From assembly GCF_963853765.1 (NCBI RefSeq), contig NC_088854.1, positions 186,001 through 250,000 of the forward strand: a stretch of DNA of 64,000 nt. The letters run 5' to 3'. Positions 12,268 to 22,228 of the stretch are shown piece by piece. The notes under the pieces are model-generated. The model made no database searches. It was given only the letters and a program-made list of their open reading frames with translations, and was not told the DNA's origin. This DNA comes from Magallana gigas (Eukaryota). The translations under genes and the position numbers were made by a program. Position 1 is the first letter of the stretch. Every line of letters begins with the position of its first letter.

Positions 12268-15200
12268 TTAAATTTGTGGGGGCCAATTTTCGTAGAATGT
12301 GGTTTCTTTTTTTTTTGCTTCTTCATGGGAATGTAATTTCTTGTTGTCAGTTTCAGGAAGAAAATTAACTCTTTCTCTGTTTTTGTTGAGGTGTTAATTA
12401 GTGGGGGGGGGGTTACCCAAGAATAACACTATAATTGAGCCACAACGAATTCTGATGACTCATCAGTATTGCAATTACCACTTACAAGGCTTACATTCAG
12501 ACTAAATATACAAGCTAAATACATATTAATCACCAGCTATGAGGGTAAGAACTAAATAGAATGGGTCCTATCCTGGCTGTAGTATACTGTCCGATGACCA
12601 CTCTCTGTTCTGTTTGTCTAAGCCTATGCACGTTTATCTAGACCTACCTGGTGTTTATCTAAGCCTAGCTATGGTATACATCTAGACTTACATGTGGTGT
12701 TTATCTAGGCCTGCCCATGGTGTTTATCTAGACCTAGCTATGGTATAAATTGAGACCCACCTGTGGTGTTTATCTAGGCCTGCCCATGGTATCAAAACCT
12801 ACATTATGGTGTTCGGAAAGGTCTACCTTTCTACCTTATCTATGCCTACCTACAGTGTTTACCTAGACATATCTATGGTGTTTGTCTAGGTCTAAGCCTA
12901 CATATTGTGTTTGTCTAGTCTTACATATTGTGTTTGTCTAGTCCTACATACTTTGTTTGTCTAGTCCTATATATTGCATTTATCTAGTCCTACATATTGT
13001 GTTTGTCTAGTCCTACATATTGTGTTTGTCTAGTCCTACATATTGTGTTTGTCTAGTCCTACATATTGTGTTTGTCTAGTCCTACATATTGGTTTGTCTA
13101 GTCCTACATATTGCATTTGTCTAGTCCTACATATTGCATTTGTCTAGTCCTACATATTGCATTTGTCTAGTCCTACATATTGTGTTTGTCTAGTCCTACA
13201 TATTGTGTTTGTCTAGTCCTACATATTGTGTTTGTCTAGTCCTACATATTGGTTTGTCTAGTCCTACATATTGGTTTGTCTAGTCCCATATATTGCATTT
13301 GGCTAGTCCTACATATTGCATTTGTCTAGTCCTACATATTGCATTTGTCTAGTCCTACATATTGTGTTTGTGTAATCCTACATATTGTGTTTGTCTAGTC
13401 CTACATATTGTGTTTGTCAAGTCCTACATATTGGTTTGTCTATATAATAGTGTTGGGTCCGTACCTGAATAATTCCAGCCCTGGCAGTAGTTTACTGTGC
13501 AATGGCCCACTCTCTAGTGTTAGGTCCCTACCTGAATGATTCCTGCCCTTGCTGTATCATACTGTGCGATGACCCACTCTATAGTGTTGGGTCCCTACCT
13601 GAATGATTCCAGCCCTGGCTGTAGCATACTGTGCAATGACCCACTCTATAGTGTTGGGTCCCTACCTGAATGATTCCAGCCCTGGCTGTAGCATACTGTG
13701 CAATGGCCCACTCTATAGTGTTTGGTCCCTACCTGAATGATTCCAGCCCTGGCTGTAGCATACTGTGCAATGACCCACTCTATAGTGTTTGGTCCCTACC
13801 TGAATAATTCCAGCCCTGGCTCTAGCATACTGTGCAATGACCCACTCTATAGTGTTTCGTCCCTACATGAATGATTCCAGCCCTGGCAGTAGTGTACTGT
13901 TCAATGGCCCACTCTATAGTGTTGGGTCTCTACCTAATGATTCCAGCCCTGGCTGTAGCATACTGTGCAATGACCCACTCTATAGTGTTTGGTCCCTACC
14001 TAAATGATTCCAGCTCTGGCTGTAGCATACTGTGCGATGACCCACTCTATCGTGTTGGGTCCCTACATGAATGATTCCAGCCCTGGCAGTAGTGTACTGT
14101 TCAATGGCCCACTCTATAGTGTTGGGTCCATACCTGAATGATTCCAGCTCTGGCTGTAGCATACTGTGCAATGACCCACTCTATAGTGTTGGGTCTCTAC
14201 CTAATGATTTCAGCCCTGGCTGTAGTGTACTGTGCGATGACCCACTCTATAGTGTTGGGTCCCTACCTAAATGATTCCAGCCCTGGCTGTAGCATACTGT
14301 GCAATGACCCACTCTATAGTGTTGGGTCCCTACCTGAATGATTCCAGCCCTGGCTGTAGCATACTGTGCAATGACCCACTCTATAGTGTTGGGTCCCTAC
14401 CTGAATGATTCCAGCCCTGGCTGTAGCATACTGTGCAATGACCCACTCTATAGTATGGAACGCCATAGCTGCCTTATGTGGCTATTTTATATGTAGATGG
14501 TGCTTTATTATATTATGCTGTGGTTATTTCATGTGAAGATGGTGCTTTATTATATGAAGATGATGCTTTATTATATGAAGATGGTGCCTTATTATATGAA
14601 GGTGGTGCTTTATTATATGAAGATGGTGCTTTATTATATGAAGATGGTGCCTTATTATATGTGATGGTGCTTTTTAATGTGAAGATGGTCACTCGGAACT
14701 TTATTTTTGAAGACTGAGTTAAACATTTATTATCTCGAAATTTTGAAACTAGAACAAACACAGGATGAATGACCATCTTTAAGTTCTCCTTAAAGATAGC
14801 TTAAAGATGCTTAAAGGTAGCTTAAAGACGATCTTTAAGCCACCTTTAAGCTACCTTTAAGCTATATGTGTTGCTTAAAGATGGCTTAAAGAAAGCGTAA
14901 AGATGGCTTAAAGGCAGCTTAAAGACTATCTTTAAGCCACCTTTAAGCCACCTTTAAGGACAACTTATAGGTCCTTAATGTCAAAACTTCTTTAAGCCAC
15001 CTTTAAGCCACCTTTAAGCTGCCTTTAAGCCACCTTTAAGCCATTAAAAAAAACTTATTTCAATATTGTGCTTAATTTCCAACAAAATGTATTAACTTTA
15101 TGAACGAAAAGGTATTAAAACGGTTTTTGTTCGAGAAAGAAAAATATTAAAAAAACACAAAAAAAAACCCGGCCACGGCGAGAATTGAACCCGAGACCCT

Positions 15201-16492
15201 TGGTTTACTAGCATCATCACACTTCCTCGGCGCCACGGCAACTTATATATATATATATGAGCGTTTTTATATCCTATATATCAGTGGATATTGAATCACT
15301 GTATTGAATGTGTTTACTTGAAAAGATTTTGACAAACCATTCAGTTTGTAACAATCAATTATATCTAATTTATAAATTACATGCATGCGTGTATTTAGAA
15401 TGAAATACGGAACTTGGTCTTCAGTGAACAAAAATATATATACCTAAATGGAAACCGTTAGGTTCACTATAGTAGGCTTTCTTAGTTAATAAATTTAAAC
15501 CGAGTAGATATACGTTCATCTAATTTATAGCTATAAAAATGTAAGAAAGAAAATGAAATCATTTCTTTTATGAAATGCATTGATACTATTAGGGTATTTG
15601 TTCAATTTCCCGCAATTTCCCGGTTTTCATGATCGCGGCGCCGTTCCAATATGTTTAAATATTTACATGTAATTGTATGTACATGATTTTTAAACTATCA
15701 ATTCTATAACAAACAAAATTACCAATTACCGGTGACGTATTTACTGCATGTGACAATTGCAAATGACTTGTATATACAATTGTATGATGTGCCAGGCCGG
15801 GTATATTTGACATATTTACCCTTATACATATATTTAAATAATCAACCCCTATTTATGATCACCGGTACATTAATTAATTAGCCTCAAGATTTTACTCTTA
15901 CATACATGTATCGTTAATTTGTAGACTTAACATCTTTGAAACCCAGAGCTAGGAAATAATACTTTGAAAATGAATTACAAATGTAAATTAACTTTTATTC
16001 ACTAGACTTATCGTATACTCGTACATACTAAGATTCAACGCCTTTAGAAACCCTGACGTGCACCTGGGCACACGACACACCTGTTGTGTATATCTTGTAT
16101 ATTCTGTGTTAGTTCCAGGGGTTTTCTTAAGTTGGACAAACAATAGACTTTAATTAGATATACACAAACATGCACCTGGGCACACGACACAACTGTTGTG
16201 TATATCTTGTATATTCTGTGTTAGTTCCAGGGGTTTTCTTAAGTTGGACAAACAATAAACTCTAATTAGATATACACAAACGAAGAAAACTATGTCTAGA
16301 CAAACAAAGCAGTAATATACTGCCCGATATAACAAAGGCAGTTAAGAGTCTTTTCATCTTTAACATGTATCTAGCAGATCTAGAGTTAGAAATAATGAAA
16401 ATTGAAAAAAAAAAATACAAACCTTAAACCGATTATCAAATTAAATCATGCATTTTTGGTTCATTATCTTTATTTTGTTTAATAACCGGAGG

Positions 16493-16552
<60 letters not shown>

Positions 16553-19500
16553 TCACCGATTAATTCATAATAGGAAACAAACATACTTTAATTAGTTTTA
16601 TGCACATATTAAGATACAGAGACTGCGCTCATCCCTACAATAATTTTGAAACCCCCCAAAAATTATAAAGAATTTTATAACGGCAATCTGTGTCCATCGG
16701 AGCGGTGCTGATGATAGCGATCTGTGTTTAATGGAGCGACGATTAAAACCGCCTGGAACACACTCCCCCTTCCTTGGAAATTATATTATCACTCGGATGA
16801 CCCCCTCCCATCTCTATAAAAGAGCTTTTGCATTTAATATATGTTTTTATTGTTCAGCTTGATCAATATTGACTTAAAGGCCACTTAAAGACAGTGTAAA
16901 GGCAGTGTAAAGAGAGCGTAAATGCCACTTAAAGATGCTTAAAGATGGCTTAAAGGTGGCTTAAAGGTGGCTTAAAGAAGTTTAGACATTAAGGACCTAT
17001 AAGCACTTGCTTAAAGGTGACTTAAAGGCGGCTTAAAGGTTGTATAGCCTTTAAGCTCCTTTAAGTCACCTTTAAGCCACCTTTAAGGACTTGCTTAAAG
17101 ATGGTTTTTCGCCCTGTGAAAATTGATACAGTTAAAATCTATTTAATACGCAATTGCTAGTTTCTCTTTTTAGCATAATAAGTATTTATGTTACGAGATG
17201 AACTGTACGACTTAATCTCAACTGAATTGACAAATATGATTAATTGAATAATACAATATTTTGTCAGTATTTCTTGACATTTTACTTTTGCCTTTACCAC
17301 TTATAAAAAGGGCTTTCTTTGAGCTATATTATAGTATAGTAGACCTTTCCCTGTGACTTTCCCTTACTTTCTCTTCAAGTCAAATCCTATCACCTATAGC
17401 TAGGCCATCAGTCTGTTTAAAATCAGATCCTCAATCCGTTCCTTTATTTGTTTTTTTTTTTATGATGTTTTGTTTTGAAACACTCAGAATGTGAGCTCTT
17501 CCTCCAACTCACCACTTAGGTTAAAGAGGAACGGTCATCAATGACGAAGACCGACTGGGCGATGACAATAACAAAATCAAAGTACTGAAAAAACTGACGG
17601 GAGTTGGTTTTGTCGATGTTTATTTATTTTAAAATCAATGGTATGTTATTTTGCATGACAAGTACATGTAGTTTCTAATTTGTATTTATATTACGCACAT
17701 TTTTATAATATGAATTTTTGGACTTTTTGACAAGAATTTCGAGAAACCCCCATATGAATCATCTTAAATAATATTTAAAGATAAAATTAATTCAATCAAA
17801 CTATGTATCAGTAATAAAAATATTTCTCGAAAATTGTATGGATCCAAGCAATATTGAACTCCATAGTCTCGTTCAACCAAACGCTCGGCTGACACCGTAA
17901 ATCTCCGACAAGCAAGGGAGACTCTCTGCTTGTCGGAGATTTATGGAGACAGCCGAGCGTCGAGTTGAACGATACTATATTGAACTCTGGCGTAGGAATA
18001 CATACGACTACAAAAAATATCTAAATTGTTCATACCATTTAAAATCTGACTATTTTCAAGGTATTCATAAATAAGTTTCCTTGAAAAACAATGCTGTAGC
18101 ATACATTACATCGAATTTATCAATTATGTTCAAGAACTAAGTCTTGTCAGCAGCGATGATTTGTGCTGAGGTCCAAACACTGTTTCACTTTCGGTTTGTC
18201 TGAGTAACTGCATAGGAGAGTACATTAAAATCAACTCCAAATTAAGAGCGGATCAAAGGTCTTATTTTAATCAGATTGCTAGGGCATAACCTTCGCTTAA
18301 ACACAAATAATTAGTAAATTCAATTTTCTGCTTTTCAGGATAACGTTACTAGGCTTTAATTCTTGTAATATTCCGTCATTATATAGTTGTCACTTAATAG
18401 ATGTAAGTTCGGTTGGGGTAAAGTCGTTCACAGCTAGATCTCCTCGATAGCTTATATACTAATTGTGCTAGAAAAAAGAGGAACTAGCAATAGTGTATCA
18501 AATGGATTTTGATCGCATCAATTTTTTGTTTTACTTTCAATATTTCGAGATAATACATAAATGGTTAACTCAGTATTCAAAAATAAGAGGAGTTCCGAGT
18601 GACCACCTTCACATTAAAAAGCACCATCATATAAAAAAGCACCATCATATAATAAAGCACCATCTTCACATAAAAAAGCACCTTCACATAAAAAAGCATC
18701 ATCACATAAAAAAGCACCATCTTCATATAATAAAGCTCCACCTTCATATAATTAAGCACCATCTTCATATAAAAAAGCACCACCTTCATATAATAAAGCA
18801 CCACCTTCATATAATAAAGCAGCACCTTCATATAATAAAGCACCACCTTCATATAATAAAGCACCATCTTCATATAATAAAGCACCATCTTCATATAATA
18901 AGGCACCATCTTCATATAATAAAGCACCATCTTCATATAATAAAGCACCATCTTCATATAATAAAGCACCACCTTCATAAAAAAAAAGCACCATCTTCAT
19001 ATAATAAAGCACCATCTTCACATGATATAACCACAGCATAATATAATAAAGCACCATCTTCACATGAAATAGGCACATAAGGCAGCTATGGCGTTCCATA
19101 CTATAGTGTTGGGTCCCTACCTGAATGATCCCAGCTCTGGCTGTAGCATACTGTGCGATGACCCATTCTATAGTGTTGGGTCCCCAAACTCCCACTCTGT
19201 CTCCTTTTTTTACTCCCAGTGATAATAATCCGGCAGCCAACTGATCAGCCTAAGAATTAATGCAGATCTTACTTGTTTTATGTATATATACATAAATTAG
19301 ACACAAAGACCTAATAAATCATGCATGTTTATGATGCCCATAGAACATGTATGCTATGTTATATAATTTTAAAACAAACATAATAATGAATTATGTAGAA
19401 CAAAATCATTAAGATGATATTCAAGTGCTAATCAACAAGAAATAAAAACTTTTACAAGAATTCCTATTGGTAATTCTACAAAATGTGATTTGAAAAAAAA

Positions 19501-22156
19501 AGAATAAATCATGATCAATTTCATGATAAAGCAATATGAGCTGCATTTTTCATGTTGAATTTTTTTTATTACTAAAATGTTCTTTTCGACTAAAATGATA
19601 AAAATATCAAGGTTTTAAAATTTCTGTTAGCCATATTTTTGTGGAAAAGGCCGTTAAGAAGCCTTCTTTTGAGCAATATTAAATTATTGTCGTCCTATAC
19701 AAAAATTAATTATATATTCCTTAGTAGAGGAATATTTCCTTTGACAAAAATTAATGATTTTTTCAAATCTTATTTATCATAAAAGTTTAGGTTATATGCA
19801 GACTTATCATACTAGCAGGTTTTGGCAGCAAAATAAAATTCTAAATCATATTGCTCTAAATTTAATTTTTTAAATATGATACTGATAAAATGTGGATAAA
19901 ACCACTGCTTATTTAGCAGGACTGCTATGTATTGATACAGTGGAGAACATAAACTAAACTGACGTCCTCACCTTATCCAGGAGTTCTGAGAAGGACAGGC
20001 GGTCCCCTGAGGCTGTGAACACTACTGCAGTTTTGTCCGGTTGAGTTTCTGCTTGTTGCTGTAGAAGATGACCGATGGTGGTCCCCAGGAGGGGGGTTTC
20101 CCCGGGACCCTGTGCATAGCTCCATTGTAGCTTACCGGAAAGGGAGGCACTGCTGTATCTAAATCAATAGATAAGTCAGCCACGCTAGCACACTCTGGTT
20201 CTGTATTCAGTTTCATATCAGATATTTTACATGTTTTATATGTAATAGTTTGGCAGAGAGAAAACCATATTGAATTAGGTCCAGGGATTATTAAATTGCA
20301 TGGAGTTGTTTCTAGAGAGACAGATACTGTATAGAAGTGATAAACAGGAAGCAACTGTTTTCCTTGTCTCAGCAACCAAATAATCAAAAGCAAAGAACTA
20401 TGTGCAGTATTATGCATTTTTAGCCCCCAAAATTTAAGTATTTTAAAGAGCTTAAAGTGGCAGATAGTAGAAATCATATTGAAAATAAGTGACTGTGTGT
20501 AAAAGGTTATCACCACAGAGACATCATAATGTAGAAATGACGTCATGTAATTGTCTAACTTTGATACATTGATGCTTTTTAGCAAAAAATGGGTGTTTTT
20601 CGATAGTTTTCTGACTGGGAAACATCGAGCGCAGGCTTGCTCAAGTACCAATTTTTAGTGTAATGTGTATAATTATAGAAAAAAGCATATGTTAAAAACG
20701 TACTTGAGCAGACCTGCGCTCTATCCTTTCGAATGCAAAATATATAGAAAAAATGACAATTTTTGCATTTTTTTGCAAAATTGCTGGAACGGATGACGTC
20801 ATAAATAAACAGTGAATGAGTAAAGATGACTAAAATCAAGATTAAAGTGATAGGCATCCTTTGTATAATGATTTATAGAGATTTGATTTTTATATGACAC
20901 TATTTTAAAAATTGGTTAAAAGTATTCTCATGAACACAATTATATGAAATTCAATAACCACTTTTTAAAAATATAAAAAAATGTCACAATGGTTATAATA
21001 AATATTATTTTTGCAACATAAAGTTTAAATAAAATATTTGTTTCAAATGCTGATCTATGATTTAACATTAAAACTCTCACATCCCATTCCTTCATTCATT
21101 AAATCTAATTTTAATTATGAAGTATTTAAATTGCATAAAATCAAGATTAGTAAAATAACCAAAATATAGAATAAATAAAATAACAGAGATAACGTTATGC
21201 ATAGATTTATTAACAAATAATCAAGACATATTAGAAAGAATAATTTTACCGTGACCAGGTAAAACCGGGTCCGTAGGACATCTGTCATTTTAACGATAGA
21301 ATATTCTATCTAGAGACATATATATAACATGTTATTTATGTCTCTGGTCAAGCTGACATGCTAAGAAGTTCTATATCACAGTTGGCATCATGCAATTAAT
21401 TAAATCAAATAATGAATTTTATGCTAAAAGTTACAGTGTGTAAAAAAACATGTGTACTCAATAACAGAAACTAGAAAAACCAGTCAAGCTTAACCTTTCA
21501 GTCGCCACCCCCCCCCCCCCCTCCTCTTTTTATTGTAACCACATGACCACTCGTGTTAATATAAATGAATCAAAGTGTGAATGTTTAAACAATTAAATGA
21601 TGGAAATTGAAAAAGTCGTAATAATTAAATGCAATTATGTGATAGGTCATGCAACGTTCTGAAATTACAAAATTCAATTTTTTTTAATCATCATTAAAAT
21701 TAAAAAGCTTAATAGAAATTCCTTGCAGTCAAAATTCAATCAATTATATACCAGAAGGGAAATAATATGAACGCTTTAAATTAGTTTTACGTTGTTGGGC
21801 CTCATATATCATATTAAAAAAGTTAATATTGTCGTTATCTGGTCATTGCGATTTAAAATCAGCTGATGTCAAAAACTAGGTTCTCCAGTGTTTACCTTCT
21901 AAATCCATTGACAATGGCTCTGTCATCTCCTATAGCGCTCTTATGTGGTTTACAGCTGGTTATAGATTTGCACTTACGAAGTAAACGAAAGCTTTTCATG
22001 ATTCAAACTTGTCAATCAGCAAACAGATAAGGACTATGGAGTATGGACTATATTTTGACCTAGAGTACTCTCCCTTTGTTAGCTCTTCAGTGTAACAAGT
22101 GCGCCTGCGTGAAATTCCAAAGCTTACTTGTTTCCAAGTGTCGATTCTTGCGGCAT
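16..22156 (-). CDS. ACSF2: Acyl-CoA synthetase family member 2 (medium-chain acyl-CoA ligase, ANL superfamily), copy A, spliced, 3'-partial
   Basis: GT-AG exons in continuous phase: 22128-22156 (candidate exon 1, [10 protein letters not shown], lower confidence), 19972-20158, 19121-19249, 12064-12117, 10966-11084, 6743-6790, 4662-4779, 4100-4195, 2520-2668, 1841-2009, 1062-1169, 723-871, 16-157. Motifs: [16 protein letters not shown] (P-loop), [20 protein letters not shown]...[16 protein letters not shown]. Exons 14-15 fall left of the window. Confidence 0.93.
2205..2290 (+). other. tRNA-derived SINE-like or pseudo-tRNA segment (also in copy B at ~46267-46350)
   Basis: A-box-like GGTGTAATAGG, B-box-like GAGTTCAAATC, followed by a T-run. 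No intact cloverleaf recognised. Confidence 0.45.
2646..3750 (-). repeat. 56-bp minisatellite (~20 units, with 43-bp short variants) built from the ACSF2 exon 9 acceptor plus the first ~23 exon nt
   Basis: Plus-strand unit GATACCAATACTGGTCTCCAGAAACACAGCACCAACCAACAAATACATCAGACAGG (period 3411 to 3467). The first unit overlaps the exon start at 2668. Degenerate units continue to about 4050. Confidence 0.92.
5591..5876. mobile_element. Tc1/mariner-type MITE (copy B 49808-50094)
   Basis: TIRs CTGTGGAATCATT / AATGATTCCACAG, flanked by TA on both sides. Confidence 0.8.
5649..5725. mobile_element. 77-bp palindromic MITE with 10-bp TSD (Mutator-like) (copy B 49866-49943)
   Basis: CAATCTAATTAAATTAGA...TCTAATTTTAATTAGATTG hairpin flanked by direct repeat GGGTAGCTCT (5639-5648 and 5726-5735). 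Confidence 0.75.
8506..8790 (-). pseudogene. L1/Tx1-clade LINE ORF2 APE endonuclease fragment (copy B ~52680-52960)
   Basis: Translation [16 protein letters not shown]...[18 protein letters not shown] matches the GGDFN / L-DIFR-NP-KRYT pattern of L1-type endonucleases. Confidence 0.75.
9148..10825 (+). mobile_element. Helentron/HINE-type element carrying Cg170/HindIII-like ~165-168 bp satellite, ~7 monomers
   Basis: 5' AACAAGAGGCC...TCACCTGAG box. Tandem monomers ...CCCCTGACCCAGGGGTCATGAATTTCACAATTTTGGTAGAG... (period 165 at 10006/10171/10336). GACG microsatellite and a second TCACCTGAG at the 3' end. The satellite family name is from recall, not from a search. Confidence 0.75.
10835..10990 (-). 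repeat. ~50-bp degenerate tandem repeat (3-4 units) containing the ACSF2 exon 5 3' end and donor
   Basis: AGGTTGTTAACTT recurs at about 10951, 10902 and 10852. Minus-strand unit TCAGCACACATCCAAAGTCATCT|GTAAGTTAACAACC. Confidence 0.85.
11726..11853. other. Assembly gap (128 N)
   Basis: Run of N. The homologous interval in copy B (56377-56486) contains a long (AT)n. Confidence 0.99.
12191..12265. repeat. (CT)n microsatellite (shorter allele in copy B, 56825-56855)
   Basis: Direct observation. Confidence 0.97.
12610..13446. repeat. 23-bp minisatellite GTCTAGTCCTACATATTGTGTTT, degenerate toward the left
   Basis: Period 23 (12961 to 12984), with 22-bp variants. Homogeneous over ~12900-13440. 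Confidence 0.93.
13447..14453 (-). repeat. 67-bp minisatellite (~15 units) made of the last 63 nt of ACSF2 exon 3 plus donor GTAG
   Basis: Period 67 (13581 to 13648). The minus-strand unit translates [21 protein letters not shown]|GTAG, matching the end of exon 19121-19249. Confidence 0.95.
16059..16281. repeat. 112-bp direct tandem duplication inside the CACTA-like element
   Basis: TGCACCTGGGCACACGACAC... at 16059 and 16171. Confidence 0.92.
16496..16546. repeat. (AG)n microsatellite
   Basis: Direct observation. Confidence 0.97.
17862..17979. mobile_element. 118-bp palindromic MITE with 8-bp TSD (hAT-like)
   Basis: CATAGTCTCGTTCAAC...GTTGAACGATACTATA hairpin flanked by TTGAACTC (17854-17861 and 17980-17987). 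Confidence 0.8.
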
Positions 22157-22228
22157 CTTGGTAGAAATGTTGATGTTTATTTAATCTACAGAACACTCCA
22201 ATCGGGAAAAAACCCAGACAGAACCAGG
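22157..22228. promoter_or_regulatory. Putative bidirectional promoter / 5' region between the ACSF2 and WDR19 start codons (72 bp; same spacing at 61638-61709)
   Basis: Divergent ATGs at 22156 (-) and 22229 (+). NRF-1-like GTGCGCCTGCGT at about 22099-22110. Depends on the candidate ACSF2 exon 1. Confidence 0.55.

Larger units (their letters stand above)
14759..17118. mobile_element. CACTA/EnSpm (CMC)-like non-autonomous element nested in the left TIR of the IS3EU-like element
   Basis: Termini CACAGG...ACCATCTTTAAG / CTTAAAGATGGT...CCTGTG. 2-bp TSD AA. Arrays of CTTTAAG/CTTAAAG subterminal repeats. The host TIR resumes at 17119. Confidence 0.75.
14454..19100. mobile_element. Non-autonomous long-TIR DNA transposon, IS3EU-like, present only in copy A
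   Basis: Termini TATGGAACGCCATAGCTGCCTTATGTG / CACATAAGGCAGCTATGGCGTTCCATA. 6-bp TSD CTATAG (14448-14453 and 19101-19106). TIRs over 350 bp with internal 21-bp repeat TTATTATATGAAGATGGTGCT. Copy B has the empty site. TAY..RTA ends with 6-bp TSD fit the Repbase IS3EU class (from recall). No transposase ORF seen. Confidence 0.75.

Noticed and set aside
12183-12368. SLSLSL, ERERER and IYIYIY ORFs (also 62290-62600 and 56293-56493)
   Set aside because: Dinucleotide microsatellites.
13871-14341. Plus-strand ORFs MIPALAV... / NDSSPGC... (also 58044-58413)
   Set aside because: Antisense readings of the 67-bp array.
13447-14453. CRISPR-like appearance of regular repeats (also the 56-bp and 23-bp arrays)
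   Set aside because: There are no unique spacers and no cas genes; the context is a eukaryotic intron, and the units are head-to-tail copies of exon sequence.
18493-19041. His-rich 182-aa ORF and the antisense YYMKMVL / YEDGALL ORFs (also 14478-14776)
   Set aside because: They are translations of the 21-bp tandem repeat inside transposon TIRs, stay open only because 21 is a multiple of 3, and are absent from copy B.
20022-20857. 209-aa and 92-aa minus-strand ORFs as separate genes
   Set aside because: They span intronic repeat-like sequence and overlap ACSF2 exon 2 in the wrong frame. Copy B breaks the longer one with a MITE and deletions.
21250-21290. Possible alternative ACSF2 5' exon (ag|ATGTCCTACGG...TCACG|gtaaaa)
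   Set aside because: It is phase-compatible only as a stand-alone first exon and has no homology or transcript support. Left uncalled.
22120-22145. RFX X-box upstream of WDR19
   Set aside because: Only a half-site (GTTTCC) is present; the second half does not match RGYAAC.
21996-22196. ORF MFCRLNKH... as a mitochondrial presequence for ACSF2
   Set aside because: It starts at GTG, and its frame is phase 0 at the GTAAGC donor, which does not join exon 2 in frame. The ATG at 22156 does.
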